This document shows positions 38,920 through 51,396 of a stretch of 64,000 bases of DNA, in pieces (within the stretch, counting starts at the first letter, position 1; each line of letters begins with the position of its first letter). The notes beneath the pieces were generated by a model. It was not told the DNA's origin. It was given only the letters and a program-made list of their open reading frames with translations, and did not search any database. Origin of the DNA: Felis catus (Eukaryota); assembly GCF_018350175.1 (NCBI RefSeq), contig NC_058368.1, positions 108,874,001 through 108,938,000 on the forward strand. Reading direction: 5' to 3'. The position numbers were made by a program, and so were the translations under genes.

Positions 38920-39015
38920 AAGATAAATAGGTAGATAGATAGATAGATAGATAGATAGATCTATCTATATATATGTATATATACGTATATGTATATGTAT
39001 ATCTATAGCTATATT
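38920..39015. repeat. (GATA)n / (TA)-rich simple repeat
   Basis: agatagatag run followed by tatatg units inside the L1 3' region. Confidence 0.85.
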
Positions 39016-39650
39016 ATAGAATATTACTCAGCCATCAAAAAGAATGAAATCATGCCATATGCAACAACGTGGATGGAACTAGAGTGTATTATGCTAAGCA
39101 AAATAACTCAGAGAAAGACAAATACTGTATGATTTCATTCATATGTGGAATTTAAGAAACAAAACAGATGAACATAGGGGAAGGGGGAAAAATAAAAGAG
39201 AGAGAGAAGCAAACCATAAAAGACTCTTAATGATATAGAACAAACCGAGGGTTGATGGAGGGAGGGGGATGGGAGATAGGCTAAATGGGTGATGGGTATT
39301 AAGGAGGGCACTTGTGTGACGAGCACCAGATGTTATTTGTAAGTGATGAATCACTAAATTCTACAATTGAAGCCAATTTTACCATATATGGTTACTCAGT
39401 AGAATTTAAATAAAAACTTGAAATTAAAAAAAAAAAAGCTATATATTTGATGGAATTTAGAAAGCCATTATGCATGCCAGAAAAAGACACAGACTCAGAA
39501 AAGACTATAAGAAGAACTTAAGCTTTCATCTTAGGCTGCTCCCCAGAACAGAGACACCTTACAATAACAACAACAAAATATTCAAATCCTGGGGTAAAGA
39601 GAGAATCTTGTTTCCAGAATTACATTATAAAATTCATAAATCCATTTTAT

Positions 39651-39885
39651 GGGGCACCTGGGTGGCGCAGTCGGTTAAGCATCCAACTTCAGCCAGGTCA
39701 CGATCTCACGGTCCGTGAGTTCGAGCCCCGCGTCAGGCTCTGGGCTGATGGCTCAGAGCCTGGAGCCTGTTTCCGATTCTGTGTCTCCCTCTCTCTCTGC
39801 CCCTCCCCCATTCATGCTCTGTCTCTCTCTGTCCCAAAAATAAATAAAAACGTTGAAAAAAAATTTTTTTTAAATAAAATAAAAT
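39651..39885 (+). mobile_element. Young cat-type SINE
   Basis: Near-identical to the 34722 copy; TSD taaaattcataaatccatttta. Confidence 0.95.
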
Positions 39886-40180
39886 AAAATTCATAAATCC
39901 ATTTTAAACAAAGAAAACAAAGGCATACAAAGAAATACTAAAGTGTATCCCATTCAAAAGAACAAAATAAATCAACACATACTGTATCTAAAGAAATCCA
40001 GATAAGAAAAAGACTTAAAATTCTCTTTAAGATGCTCAAAAGGCTAAATGAAGACATGAAAAAAGACAGGAAATGATGTATGAACAAAGTGAGAATGGCA
40101 ATAAATAGGAAGATGTTACAAAAATGAGCCCCAAAGAAATTATGGAGTTGAAAGTACAATAACTGAATACAAGAGGGGTT

Positions 40181-40342
40181 GGGGCCCCTGGGTGGCCCAG
40201 TCGGTTGAACGTCCAACTTTGGCTGAGGTAATGATCTTGCGGTCCATGAGTTTGAGCTCTGTGACAGGCTCGGTGCTGACAGCTCAAAGCCTGGAGCCTG
40301 CTTTGGATTCTGTGTTTCCCTCTCTGTCTGCCCTCCCCAGCA

Positions 40343-40374
<32 letters not shown>

Positions 40375-40425
40375 ATCTCTGTCTCTATCTCTATCTCTCA
40401 AAGGTAAATAAACATTAAAAAAAAA
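40181..40425 (+). mobile_element. Can-SINE
   Basis: Canonical head; CT/(CTCTAT)n tract; degenerate TSD aatac(a/t)agag(g/a)ggtt. Confidence 0.9.
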
Positions 40426-41777
40426 TACTAGAGAGGTTTAAAGGATTTGAGCAAGCAGAAAAAACTAACCTTTAAATCCAAATAAGTTAGAGTAGACTAA
40501 GAAAGACAATATACATCAGTTACAGGTTTAATACATCAAGAATATATAACAGTTATAAACATTTACACAGCTCATAAGAGATCCTCAAAATATATGAAGC
40601 AACAATTGACAAAGCAGAAGGGCAAAATGGACAGTTCTAAAAAAATAGCTGGAGACTTCAATATCCCATTTTCAATAATGGATAGATCAAACAAAGAAGA
40701 TGAGTAAGGAAATAGAGAACTTGAACAACAAAATTAACCAACTAGACCTAAGAGACATGTACAGAACAATCCTTCCAACAATAGAATACTTAAGTGGACA
40801 TTCTTCTCAAGCAAAGATCATATGTTAGGCCACAAAATAAATCACACTAGATTTTAAAGGACAGAGATCATAGAAAAAAAAATCTCCTCTGACTAGAAAA
40901 GGATAAAGTTAGAAATCAGTAACAGAAGGCAAAATGGATAATTCACAAATATGGAGAAATTAACAACACACTTTTAAACAATCAATTGGTGAAAGAAGAT
41001 ATCAGAAGAGAAAGTAGAAAACAGAGAAATGAACATGCAATATAACAAAACTTGTAAAATGCAATGAAAACAGTGGTAAAAGAAAATTTTACATCTATCA
41101 ATGCTTACATGAGAAAAGAAAGATCTCAAATTGACAACCTGATTTACAACTTAAGGAACTAGAAGAAGAACAAATTAAACCAAATGATAGCAGAAGGAAG
41201 GAAGTAAAGGTTAGATCATAAACAAACAAAATAGAGAACAGAAAAACAATGGAGAAAATCAATAAAACCAAAAGTTGGTTCCTTGAAAGCATTAACAAAA
41301 GTGACAAAGGAAAAGAGACAGGATGCAAATAACCAAAATCAGAAATGAATGTGGCAACATTACTACCAACTTTCAGAGACAAAAAGGAGCATAAGAGAAT
41401 TCTGTGACAATGGTATACCAACAAATTAGATAACTTATAAGAAAGGAGCAAATTTCTTGAAACACAAAAATTACCTAAACTGACACAAAGAAATGGAAAA
41501 TTTCAACAGACCTATAACAGGTATAAAGATTAAAGCAGTAATCAAAAACCTTTCAATGAAGAAAAGTCCTAGAGAGAATAGCTTCACTGGTGAATTTTAC
41601 CAAACATTTAAGGAAGAATAAATACCAATCCTTCTTAAACTGTTCAAAAAAACTGAAGGGAAGGGAACACTTCCTAACTCATTCTATGAAGCCAGCATTA
41701 CCCTGATACCAAAGCCAGATAAAGACATTACAAGAATAATATTCAAGACCAATATCTCTTATGAATACAGATGCAAA

Positions 41778-41905
41778 GTGGCACCTGGGTGGCTCAGTCA
41801 GTTAAGCATCTGACTCTTGACGTCAGCTCAGGTCATGATCTCACAGTTCGAGAGTACAAGCCCTGCATTGGGCTCTCTCTCAAAATAAACAAATAAACTT
41901 AAACA
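41778..41905 (+). mobile_element. Can-SINE, internally deleted
   Basis: ggcacctgggtggctcagtcagttaagc head joined directly to the tail; TSD-like atgaa(t/c)a(c/t)agatg. Confidence 0.85.
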
Positions 41906-43042
41906 AAATGAACATAGATGTAAAAATCTTCAACAAAATATTAGCAAATCAAATCCAACAACATGTTAAAAAGATTATTCACATTAAAGTGTCATTTATT
42001 CCATGAACACAATTGTGGATTATAACAAGAAACCTAATCATTACAATATATCACATTAATACAACAAAGAGGAAAAAACATATGACCACCTCAAAAGATG
42101 CAGAAAAATCATTCAACATAATCCAGCACCCTTTTATTATTTAAAAAAAAAACCCTCTCATAAAACTAGGAATACAGTAAAAATTCCTCAACACCATAAA
42201 AGATATTTAGGAAAAACTCACAGCTAACATCATATTTATTGGTGAAAGACTGAAAGCTTTCCCCTTAAGATCCAAAACAAGAGAAGTGTGCCCACTTTCA
42301 CCACTACTAGTCAATATTGTACTGGAAGTTCTAGCTACAGCCATTAAACAACTAAAAGAAATTAAATGCATCTAAATTGGAAAGGAAGAAGTAAAACAAT
42401 CTTTATTCACAGATGACATGACCCTATATAGAAAATCTTTAAAAATCCACAAAGAAAAATAGTCATGCTAATAAACTATCAGCAAAGTTGTTGGGTACAA
42501 GATAAATACACAAAAAGCTATTGTGATTCTGTATACCACCAAGGAGCTATCTTAAAACTATATTAAGAAAGCAATTCCCTTTATAACAGCATCTAAAAGA
42601 ATTAAATATTTAGGAATTAATCTAACCAAGGAGGTGAAAGACTTGTATACTAAAAACTAGAAAGCATTACTAAAAGAATATAAAAGGGACCTAAATAAAT
42701 GGAGCAGATATCCCATGTTGATGGAAACGAAGACTTAAGTCATTTTTCATATGTCAGTACTATCAAATGGTGTTCCATTTATGCAAGATAAAAAGCTTTC
42801 TGGAGACTGATTACATAAATGTGACCTAACTAATATTACTGAACTGTATGATTAAAAATGGTAAGGATGGTAAATTTTGTTTTACATATATATATATGTT
42901 ATATATATTTCACCACAACTAAAAATTTAAAAAACACATGTAACTGGAGTAAGGATACACACATAAACCAATGGAATAGTATAGAAAGCCCAGAAATAAA
43001 ACCTTACATATATGGTCAACTGATTTTCAACAAGAATAGTCT

Positions 43043-43169
43043 TTTTTTTTTTTCTAAGTAGGCTCCACGTCCAGCACAGAGCCCAACACAGAGCCCAATG
43101 CAGGGCTTGATCTCACAATCCTGAGATCAAGAGTCAGATGCTTAACTGACTGAGCCACCCAACCATCCC
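43043..43169 (-). mobile_element. Can-SINE
   Basis: T run, then ...aagagtcagatgcttaactgactgagccaccc. Confidence 0.8.
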
Positions 43170-43202
43170 AAGGAAAGGATAGTCTTAAGAATGAATGCTG
43201 TT

Positions 43203-43310
43203 GGGACACCTGGCCAGTTCAGTTGGTAAAACATAAGACTGTTGATCTTGGGGTTGTGAATTTGAGCCCCACACTGGGTATAGAGATTTCTTTAAAATAA
43301 TTTTTAAAAA
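43203..43310 (+). mobile_element. Short tRNA-derived Can-SINE
   Basis: gggacacctggccagttcagttggtaaaacat...tttgagccccacactgggtatagag; TSD aatgaatgct. Confidence 0.8.
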
Positions 43311-43584
43311 ATGAATGCTAGAAAAACTGGATATCCCATGAAACAGAATGAAATTAGGTGCTTACCCTACATCATATATAAATATTAACTCCAAATCCAA
43401 TAAGTTTAATCCCTTAAGTTTAGTCAAAGATCTAAATTTAAGAGCTAAAACTATAAAAACTCAGTAAAAAACACTGGAGAAAATATTCATGACACTGGAT
43501 TTGGCAACAATTTCATGGATATAACCAAAGGAATGACAACAACAACAACAAAAAACCCAGTTTCATTAAAATTAAGATTTTCTT

Positions 43585-43810
43585 GGGGCGCCTGGGTGGC
43601 GCAGTCGATTAAGCGTCCAACTTCAGCCAGGTCACGATCTCGCGGTCCGTGAGTTCGAGCCCCGCGTCAGGCTCTGGGCTGATGGCTCAGAGCCTGGAGC
43701 CTGTTTCCGATTCTGTGTCTCCCTCTCTCTCTGCTCCTCCCCCGTTCATGCTCTGTCTCTCTCTGTCCCAAAAATAAATAAACGTCGAAAAAAAAATTTT
43801 TTTTAAAAAA
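43585..43810 (+). mobile_element. Young cat-type SINE, no TSD
   Basis: Near-identical to the 34722 and 39651 copies. Confidence 0.95.
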
Positions 43811-45315
43811 GAAGATATACAAATGGCCAACAAGTACATGAAAAGGTACCCAATATCATTAGTCATTAGGGAAATGCAAATCAAAACCAAAACAAGATAC
43901 TACTTCACACTTACTAGGATGGCCAAAATAAAAAATGAAAGATAAAAAGTGTTGGCAAGGATGTAGAGGAATTGGAACCCTCCTGCACTACAGGTGGAAA
44001 AATAAAGTGGTGCAGCCCCGGTAGAAAACAGTTTCTCAAGAAGTTAAACGTAAGACTACCATTTGACCCATATGACCCAGGAATTATAATTCCTAGGTAC
44101 ATGTCCAAAGGAACTGGAAGCAGAGATCCAAATAGGTATCTGCAGACCAATGTTCATAGCAGCATTATTCACAGTAGCCAAAAGGGAGAAAGACCAATGT
44201 TCATAGCAGCATTATTCACAGTAGCCAAAAGGGAGAAAGAGTCATCTGTCTATTAGCAGATGAATGTATAAACAAAATGTGGCATATACACAATAGAATG
44301 CTGTTCAATTCATACAAAATAAGGAAATTTTGTCAACATGGATGACACTTGAAAACATACTCACTGAAATAAGCCAGACACAAAAGGTCAAATATTGCAT
44401 GATTCCGCTTAAGTAAGTTACATATAATAGTCAAATTCAGAGACAGAAACCAGAATAGCAGTTGCCAGGGGCTAGTAGAAGAATGGAGAGTTATTGTTTT
44501 TAATTGTTACATAGTTTATGCTAAAGATGATATTTAAAAATTTTGGAATAGGCAGTGGTAATGGGTATACCACTGTCTTGTGAGTGTATTTAATGCCACT
44601 GTGTTACACATTCACAAATGGTTAAAAAGATAAATATTATGTTATGCATATTATTTATTATGCAATATATTTATTATATATGCATATATATTATGCATAA
44701 ATATATTTTATGTTATGCATATGCAAGAGATGATTCTTTAAGAATATATTTTAAAATAGCCAAAATGGCCAAGAAAATAAAAGATAAATCAGCAATGAAT
44801 TAAGAATGAAAATAACCAATAATACTAAGGATATTTAATATCATAAAGGAATAAATATAAGAACAGATATAGGCTAATAAATTTTAGACACTAGAAAATA
44901 CAAAATTAGAAAAGCTGGTAGAAGAAGAAATAGGAAGCTTAAAGAGACCAATAAACATTAAAGAAATAAAAATACATCAAATACCAGTCTCTAAAAAATT
45001 CTCGACGTATTGATAGTTTGATTTGTGAGATATAATAAAGTTTCAAGGAAAACATTCTTAAATACCTTCACAAGCTCAGAAAAAGATTCAGAAATATGAG
45101 GGAAAGCTCACATAAACATGTGTACACGCAAGCGTGCACATGCACACACATACACCCAAGTGTGCTAATGCAAACGCACACACGCACCCAGACACATACA
45201 ACCCAGCTCACCAATGGATGGGTCCTGAAGGACAAAGCTCTCCAGTAATAACCAATCTTTATTTAGATGCTTCAGCACTAAATTTATTTAGATGCTTCAG
45301 TACACATCCACTAAC

Positions 45316-45378
45316 TTTCCCAAGTCTTCCTTATCTTCAGATGTTACAAGTTTCAATGCATCTCTTTTCTCAGCCCAG
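45316..45378 (-). pseudogene. Possible highly degenerate next-upstream P4HA2-like exon
   Basis: cccatag|CTGGGCTGA...CTTGGGAAA|gttagt; 63 nt; only weak resemblance to LARATVRD...RVSK; lies in the first unique DNA after the 20-kb L1 block. Confidence 0.25.
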
Positions 45379-45579
45379 CTATGGGATTTGTTGGGGGAAA
45401 AAAATGAGAAAGTAAAAATAATTAATTCAAAATTAAGATATTTTATTTTATAATAAATTTTAAAAGCACATCTCAAATATTCTGACTTTATTATGTACCA
45501 GGGCCTAGAATAAGGAATTAAAAACATTATGTCCATTAATCTTCCCAACTATCAATACTAATCAAGTATGAACACCCTC

Positions 45580-45730
45580 CCCGCCTCCAACTTTACAGAT
45601 AAAACCAGCTCAGAGAAGTTAAGTTATATGACTTCCCAAAGTCATACAACTGGTAAATAATAGAGTTATGATATAATCCCAGGTAGGTAAACCCCCAAAA
45701 CCATGCTTTTAATGACTAAGCTATAATTGC
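45580..45730 (+). mobile_element. MIR fragment
   Basis: tttacagat...ctcagagaagttaagt...cccaaagtcatacaactggtaaat core. Confidence 0.65.
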
Positions 45731-46269
45731 CTCACAGATCAGTAAACTCATCACTATTATCTAGTTGATCAGGTTGGAAAGAAGGTAAGTACATCCACAC
45801 ACTGTCAGCTACATATAGTCTTTCTGAAAGAACACCACAAGCCCAGATTCTAGCAATTTTATTCCTATGTCTTTCCCTCCAGGAAAAAATAAAGTGTGCA
45901 AAGATGTTTTAACAAATTGTTCACTGAAGCATTTTCTAAATATTTAAAATGTTCAAGAAAAGAAAATTTATTAAATTATGACATACATACTTAATAAAAT
46001 ATGGCAACATTAAAATAATGATGAAACCCATATTCACTAACAGAAAGGCAACAGCTACCAAGTAATATTATAAAAAAATATTACAAGCCAATTTTGGTCA
46101 AAACTTAATTTAACTAAATTTGGTTAAAAGAAGTAGATATTTTGTACACAAAATTTGTTTAAAAAGTCTGTACAAAGACATCATGATTGTCTCCATTGAG
46201 TAGATTATGAATGCTTTCTACTGTCTTTATTCCTACAACTGTCATGTTGTTGCCAACTCTGCTGTCATG

Positions 46270-46745
46270 CTTGTAATCCCCTTCCAGCTTCCTAAAAAAA
46301 TAACTCAGTTCAGGCACCCACCCTCTTCCAGAGAGCAATTTGCTTCAAGGAATTCTAGGGCCATCAACTGATCATGTACTGAGCAGTCCAAGGCTCTAAG
46401 CTAATCATAGTGGTGCTGTTCCGCTGGCCAGTCATTTGTTTCTTAATGGGCAAGTAATGCAATTTAGGTCAAGACATATGCTTACTGAGAGACATCAGAA
46501 AAGGTTTGTTCAATGTTATAAATAAAAGTAAACAATAACTCTTTAGCTGTATATTGTGCTATGTCTAAATATGACACCTAAAACTATTAAAGACATCTTG
46601 GTTGAAGATAGTTAATCTGAAGAGAAGCAGATATGTTAAAGGAAGCAGAGAGAAAAGAAAAACATCCTGAGTTCATAACATTGTTGAGCCTCAATAAACT
46701 AGCCCTAAAGTTGCCTGAACTTGGGTTTTTTCATCTATACTTAGA
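46270..46745 (+). mobile_element. Old MaLR LTR fragment (MLT1-like)
   Basis: aggctctaagctaatcatagt...ggccagtcattt...aatgggcaagtaatgcaattt motifs. Confidence 0.4.
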
Positions 46746-46750
46746 AATAT

Positions 46751-46869
46751 GGGATGCTTTGGTGGCTCAGTCAGTTAAGCATCCGACTTCGGCTCAGGTC
46801 ATTATCTCACAGTTTGTGAGTTTAAGCCCTGCATTGGTCTCTGCATTGACAGTGTGGAGCCTGCTTGGG

Positions 46870-46917
<48 letters not shown>

Positions 46918-46970
46918 CCCCAAACCATTAGCATTCTCTCTTTCAAAATAAATAAATAAACTTGAAAAAA
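46751..46970 (+). mobile_element. Can-SINE
   Basis: Canonical head, long (CT)n, A tail. Confidence 0.9.
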
Positions 46971-46995
46971 TATATAATTGTTAATACAGCCAGGA

Positions 46996-47218
46996 GAGGT
47001 GTCTGGGTGGCTTGGTTAGTTGAGTGTTCAACTCTTGATTTTGACTCAGGTTAGAATCTCAGGGTCATGGGGTCGGGACCTGCGTCAGGCTCTGCTGGAA
47101 CCTTCTTGGAATTCTCTTCCTCCCGTTCTACGTGCCCCCCTCCCTGAGCTCTCACCGTCTCTAAAAAGAAAAGAAAAAAGAAAAGAAAAGGAAAAGAAAA
47201 GAGGAAAGAAAAGAAAGC
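46996..47218 (+). mobile_element. Can-SINE, diverged, with (GAAAA)n tail
   Basis: ggtgtctgggtggcttggttagttgag head; TSD-like agccagga / aagccagga. Confidence 0.8.
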
Positions 47219-48530
47219 AAGCCAGGATACTACCAACGGGTCTCAATAGGTCAGGCAGCTGACTATACATTGTGGGAAGAGTACCAGTAACTGGGCATTC
47301 AAGTTGTAAGCAGAACCCTAGGGAAGCAACAAGCAGACACAGAGCCTGCACTGGAGTCTGGTCTTCTCCAGCCAGCTGAAGAGGTGAGCATTCTTAATAA
47401 AGTAACAGTCCCTTTCTACTCCAACCTCAAGAACCCTGGATTCATGCCCTAACTGTCCAGGTACCACCAAGACCCCAAGGAGAATACATGGAACAGCTGA
47501 CAATTAGGAAAGTCCAATACAAGACACAGTAAAATGACTAATTTCAAAGTAAGCATGTGAACTTTCAAGTCCACATTTTTTGAGCATGAACTAGGAAGTG
47601 GGACAGCTTTCTAAATCTTATCAAGGCTTGTGAGCAGCCTAGATTTTAAATGGACCCTAAAAATAGACAACTGGAAAAATAAGTGAAAACAGGTTTCTAG
47701 GTAGAAACTGTATGAAGACAATTTCAAAGCAGAGACTACTAGGGAAAAACTGATGAGATCAGACTGGCTGAAACTGAGGGTGGGTGTAGGGAAGCAAGGG
47801 GATTTAAAGCTCCAAGTGACTAGAGACCACATGAAGAGATAACAGCATTCAACCTGCCCTATCAACTCTTCGTTAGGCTGATGAGATGAAAGATGAGACG
47901 GGTAGAAGCCAATCGGGGCAGAATGTAGGAACCAAAGTAACGGTGATTACTATCTTTTTTTGGCAGAAGTAAGTTTTTGCATTACACCTTTAAGAATTAT
48001 ACGTCTACTCATGTTTTCAGATTTGGTAATTTATATTTTTCTAAGATATTTCATTTAACTTTTTAAAATTATTAGATACAGTTGTTCATAAAATCCTCTA
48101 TTAATTAAAAAATTAGAGTTGTGATAAAATACATATAAAATTTACCATCTTAACCATTTTGAAGTGTGCAGTTCATTAAAGTTACCTATGTTCACACTGA
48201 TGTGCAACCAATCTCCAGAATTTTACATCTTATAAAACTGAAACTACATCCATTGAACAAGAACTCCCCATTTTCCTCTCTCCTCCTGGCCCCTGGCAAC
48301 CACCATTCAACTTTCTGTATTTATGAATCTCACTATTCTAGATACCTCACATAAGTGGAATCATACAATATAAATCTTTTTATGATAATCTAGATGCATC
48401 CTCAAGTTTTGATATATAATATTTTTGTTATATTCATTCCACTATATTCCTAATTTCTATGATAAATATTTCCTAATTTCTATGATGATATTATTACTGT
48501 CTAATTAGCTACTTATTTGAATATTTAAAT

Positions 48531-51396
48531 TTTTATTTTTTATTTTTGTTTGCATTTTATTATTTTTTAAATATGAAATTTATTGGCAAACTGGTTTCCA
48601 TACAACACCCAGTGCTCATCCCAACAGGTGCCCTCCTCAATGCCCATCACCCATTTTCCCCTCCCTTCCATGTCCCATCAACCCTCAGTTTATTCTCAGT
48701 TTTTAAGAGTCTCTAATGGTTTGCCTCCTTCCCTCTCTATAAGTTTTTTTCCCCCTTAACCTCCCCCATGGTCTTCTGTTAAGTTTCTCAGGATCCACAT
48801 AAGAGTGAAAACATATGGTATCTGGCCTTCTCTGTATGACTTATTTCACTTAGCATAACACTCTCCAGTTCCATCCATGTTGCTACAAAAGGCCATAGTT
48901 CATTCTTTCTCATTGCCAAGTAGTATTCCATTGTGTATATAAACCACAATTTCTTTATCCATTCATCAGTTGGTGGACATTTAGGCTCTTTCCATATTTT
49001 GGCTATTGTTGAGAGTGCTGCTATAAACATTGGGGTACAAGTGCCCCTAGGCATCAGCACTCCCTTATCCCTTGGGTAAATTCCTAGCAGTGCCATTCCT
49101 GGGTCATAGGGTAGGTCTATTTTTAATTTTTTGAGGAACCTCCACACTGTTTTCCAGAGTGGCTGCACCAGTTTGCATTCCCACCAACAGTGCAAGAGGG
49201 TGCCTATTTCTCCACATCCTCTCCAGCATCTATAGTCTCCTGATTTGTTCATTTTAGCCACTCTGACTGGCATGAACGTGGTATCTCAGTGTGGTTTTGA
49301 TTTGTATTTCCCTGATGAGGAGCGACGTTGAGCATCTTTTCATGTGCCTGTTAGCCATCTGGATGTCTTCTTTAGAGAAGTGTCTATTCATGTCTTCTGC
49401 CTATTTCTTCACTGGATTATTTGTTTTTCGGGTGTGGAGTTTGGTGAGCTCTTAATAGATTTTGGATAGTAGCCCTTTGTCCGATATGTCATTTGCAAAT
49501 ATCTTTTCCCATTCCGTTGGTTGTCTTTTAGTTTTGTTGTTTCCTTTGCAGTGCAGAAGCTTTTTATCTTCGTGAGGTCCCAGTAGTTCATTTTTGCTTT
49601 TAATTCCCTTGCCTTTGGGGATGTGTCAAGTAAGAAATTGCTGCGGCTGAGGTCAGAGAGGTTTTTTCCTGCTTTCTCCTCTAGGGTTTGGATGGTATCC
49701 TGTCTCACATTCAGGTCCTTTATCCATTTTGAGTTTTTGTGAGTGGTGTAAGAAAGTGGTCTAGTTTCATCCTACTGCATGTTGCTGTCCAGTTCTCCCA
49801 GCACCATTTGTTAAAGAAACAAATGTCTTTTGTCCACTGGATATTCTTTCCTGCTTTATCAAAGATTAGTTGGCCATACTTTTGTAGGTCCAATTCTGGA
49901 GTCTCTATTCAATTCCATTGGTCTACGTGTCTGTTTTTGTGCCAATACATGCACAATGGTTACAGCTTTGTAGTAGAGGCTAAAGTCTGGGATTGTGGTA
50001 GAGGCTAAAGTCTGGGTTAATGGTTACAGCTTTGTAGTAGAGGCTAAAGTCTGGGATTGTGATGCCTCCCGCTTTGGTCTTCTTCTTCAATATTACTTTG
50101 GCTATCCAGGGTCTTTTGTGGTTCCATACAAATTTTAGGATTGCTTGTTCTAGCTTCAAGAAGAATGCTGGTGCAATTTTGATTGGGATTGCATTGAATG
50201 TGTAGATAGTTTTGGGTAGTATTGACATTTTAACAATATTTATTCTTCCAATCCATGAGCATGGAATGTTCCTTTTCTTTGTATCTTCTTCAATTTCCTT
50301 CATCAGCTTACCATAGTTTTCAGCATACAGATCTTTTACATCTTTGGTTAGGTTTATTCCTAGGTATTTTATGCTTCTTGGTTCCATTGTGATTGGGATC
50401 AGTTTCTTTATTTGTCTTTCTGTTGCTTCATTATTAGTGTATAGGAATGCAACTGATTTCTATACATTGATTTTGTATCATGCGACTTTGCTGAATTCAT
50501 GTGTCAGTTCTAGCAGACTTTTGGTGGAGTCTATCAGATTTTCCATGTATAATATCATGTCATCTGAAAAAGTGAAAGCTTGACTTCATCTTTACCAATT
50601 TTGATGCCTTTGATTTCCTTTTGTTTGACTGCTGATGCTAGAACTTCCAACACTATGTTAAACAACAGCAGTGAGAGTGGACATCCCTGTCGTGTTCCTG
50701 ATCTCAGGGGGAAAGCTCTCAGTTTTTCCCCATTGAGGATGATATTAGCTGTGGGCTTTTCATAAATGGCTTTTATGATGTTTAAGTATGTTCCTTCTGT
50801 CCCGACTTTCTCGAGGGTTTTTATTAAGAAATGGTGCTGAATTTTGTCAAATGCTTTTTCTGCATCAGTTGACAGGATCATATGGTTCTTATTTTTTCTT
50901 TTATTAATGTGATGTTTCACATTGATTGATTTGCGAATGTTGAACCAGCCCTGTAGCCCAGGAATGAATCCCACTTGATCATGGTGAATAATTCTTTTTA
51001 TATGCTGTTGAATTCGATTTGCTAGTATCTTGTTGAGAATTTTTGCATCCATATTCATCAGGGATATTGGCCTGTAGTTCTCTTTTTTTACTGGGTCTCT
51101 GTCTGGTTTAGGAATCAAAGTAATACTGGCTTTATAGAATGAGTCTGGAAATTTTCCTTCTCTTTCTATTTTTTGGAACAGCTTGAGAAGGATAGGTATT
51201 ATCTCTGCTTAAAATGTCTGGTAGACTTCCCCAGGGAAGCCATCTGGTCCTGGACTCTTATTTGTTGGGAGATTTTTTATAACTGATTCAATTTCTTCAC
51301 TAGTTATGGTCTATTCAAGTTTTCTATTTCTTCTTGCTTGAGTTTTGGAAGTGTGTGGGTGTTTAGGAATTTGTCCATTTCTCCCAGGTTGTCCAG
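48531..51396 (-). mobile_element. 5'-truncated young felid LINE-1 (3' 2.9 kb)
   Basis: Minus-strand ORF2 pieces 50555..51118, 49980..50387, 49409..49708 and 48788..49273 are nearly identical to the 13109 element; T-rich tail near 48531-48570. Confidence 0.95.

Larger units (their letters stand above)
32321..39436 (+). mobile_element. Near full-length older carnivore LINE-1, decayed, with two internal SINEs
   Basis: Long 5' UTR, ORF1 remnant ~33875-35040, ORF2 remnants (36304..36699, 36774..37199, 37651..37851, 38113..38535) and polyA at ~39426-39436; imperfect TSD aaagaagcgtatctattt / aaaaaagctatatattt. Confidence 0.88.
39440..44650 (+). mobile_element. Old mammalian L1 (L1MA/MB-like) ORF1, ORF2 and 3' end remnants with many SINEs
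   Basis: Degenerate ORF2 motifs (gacttcaatatccca, [15 protein letters not shown], ttcacagatgacatg) and an L1M 3' end at ~44250-44650. Confidence 0.75.
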
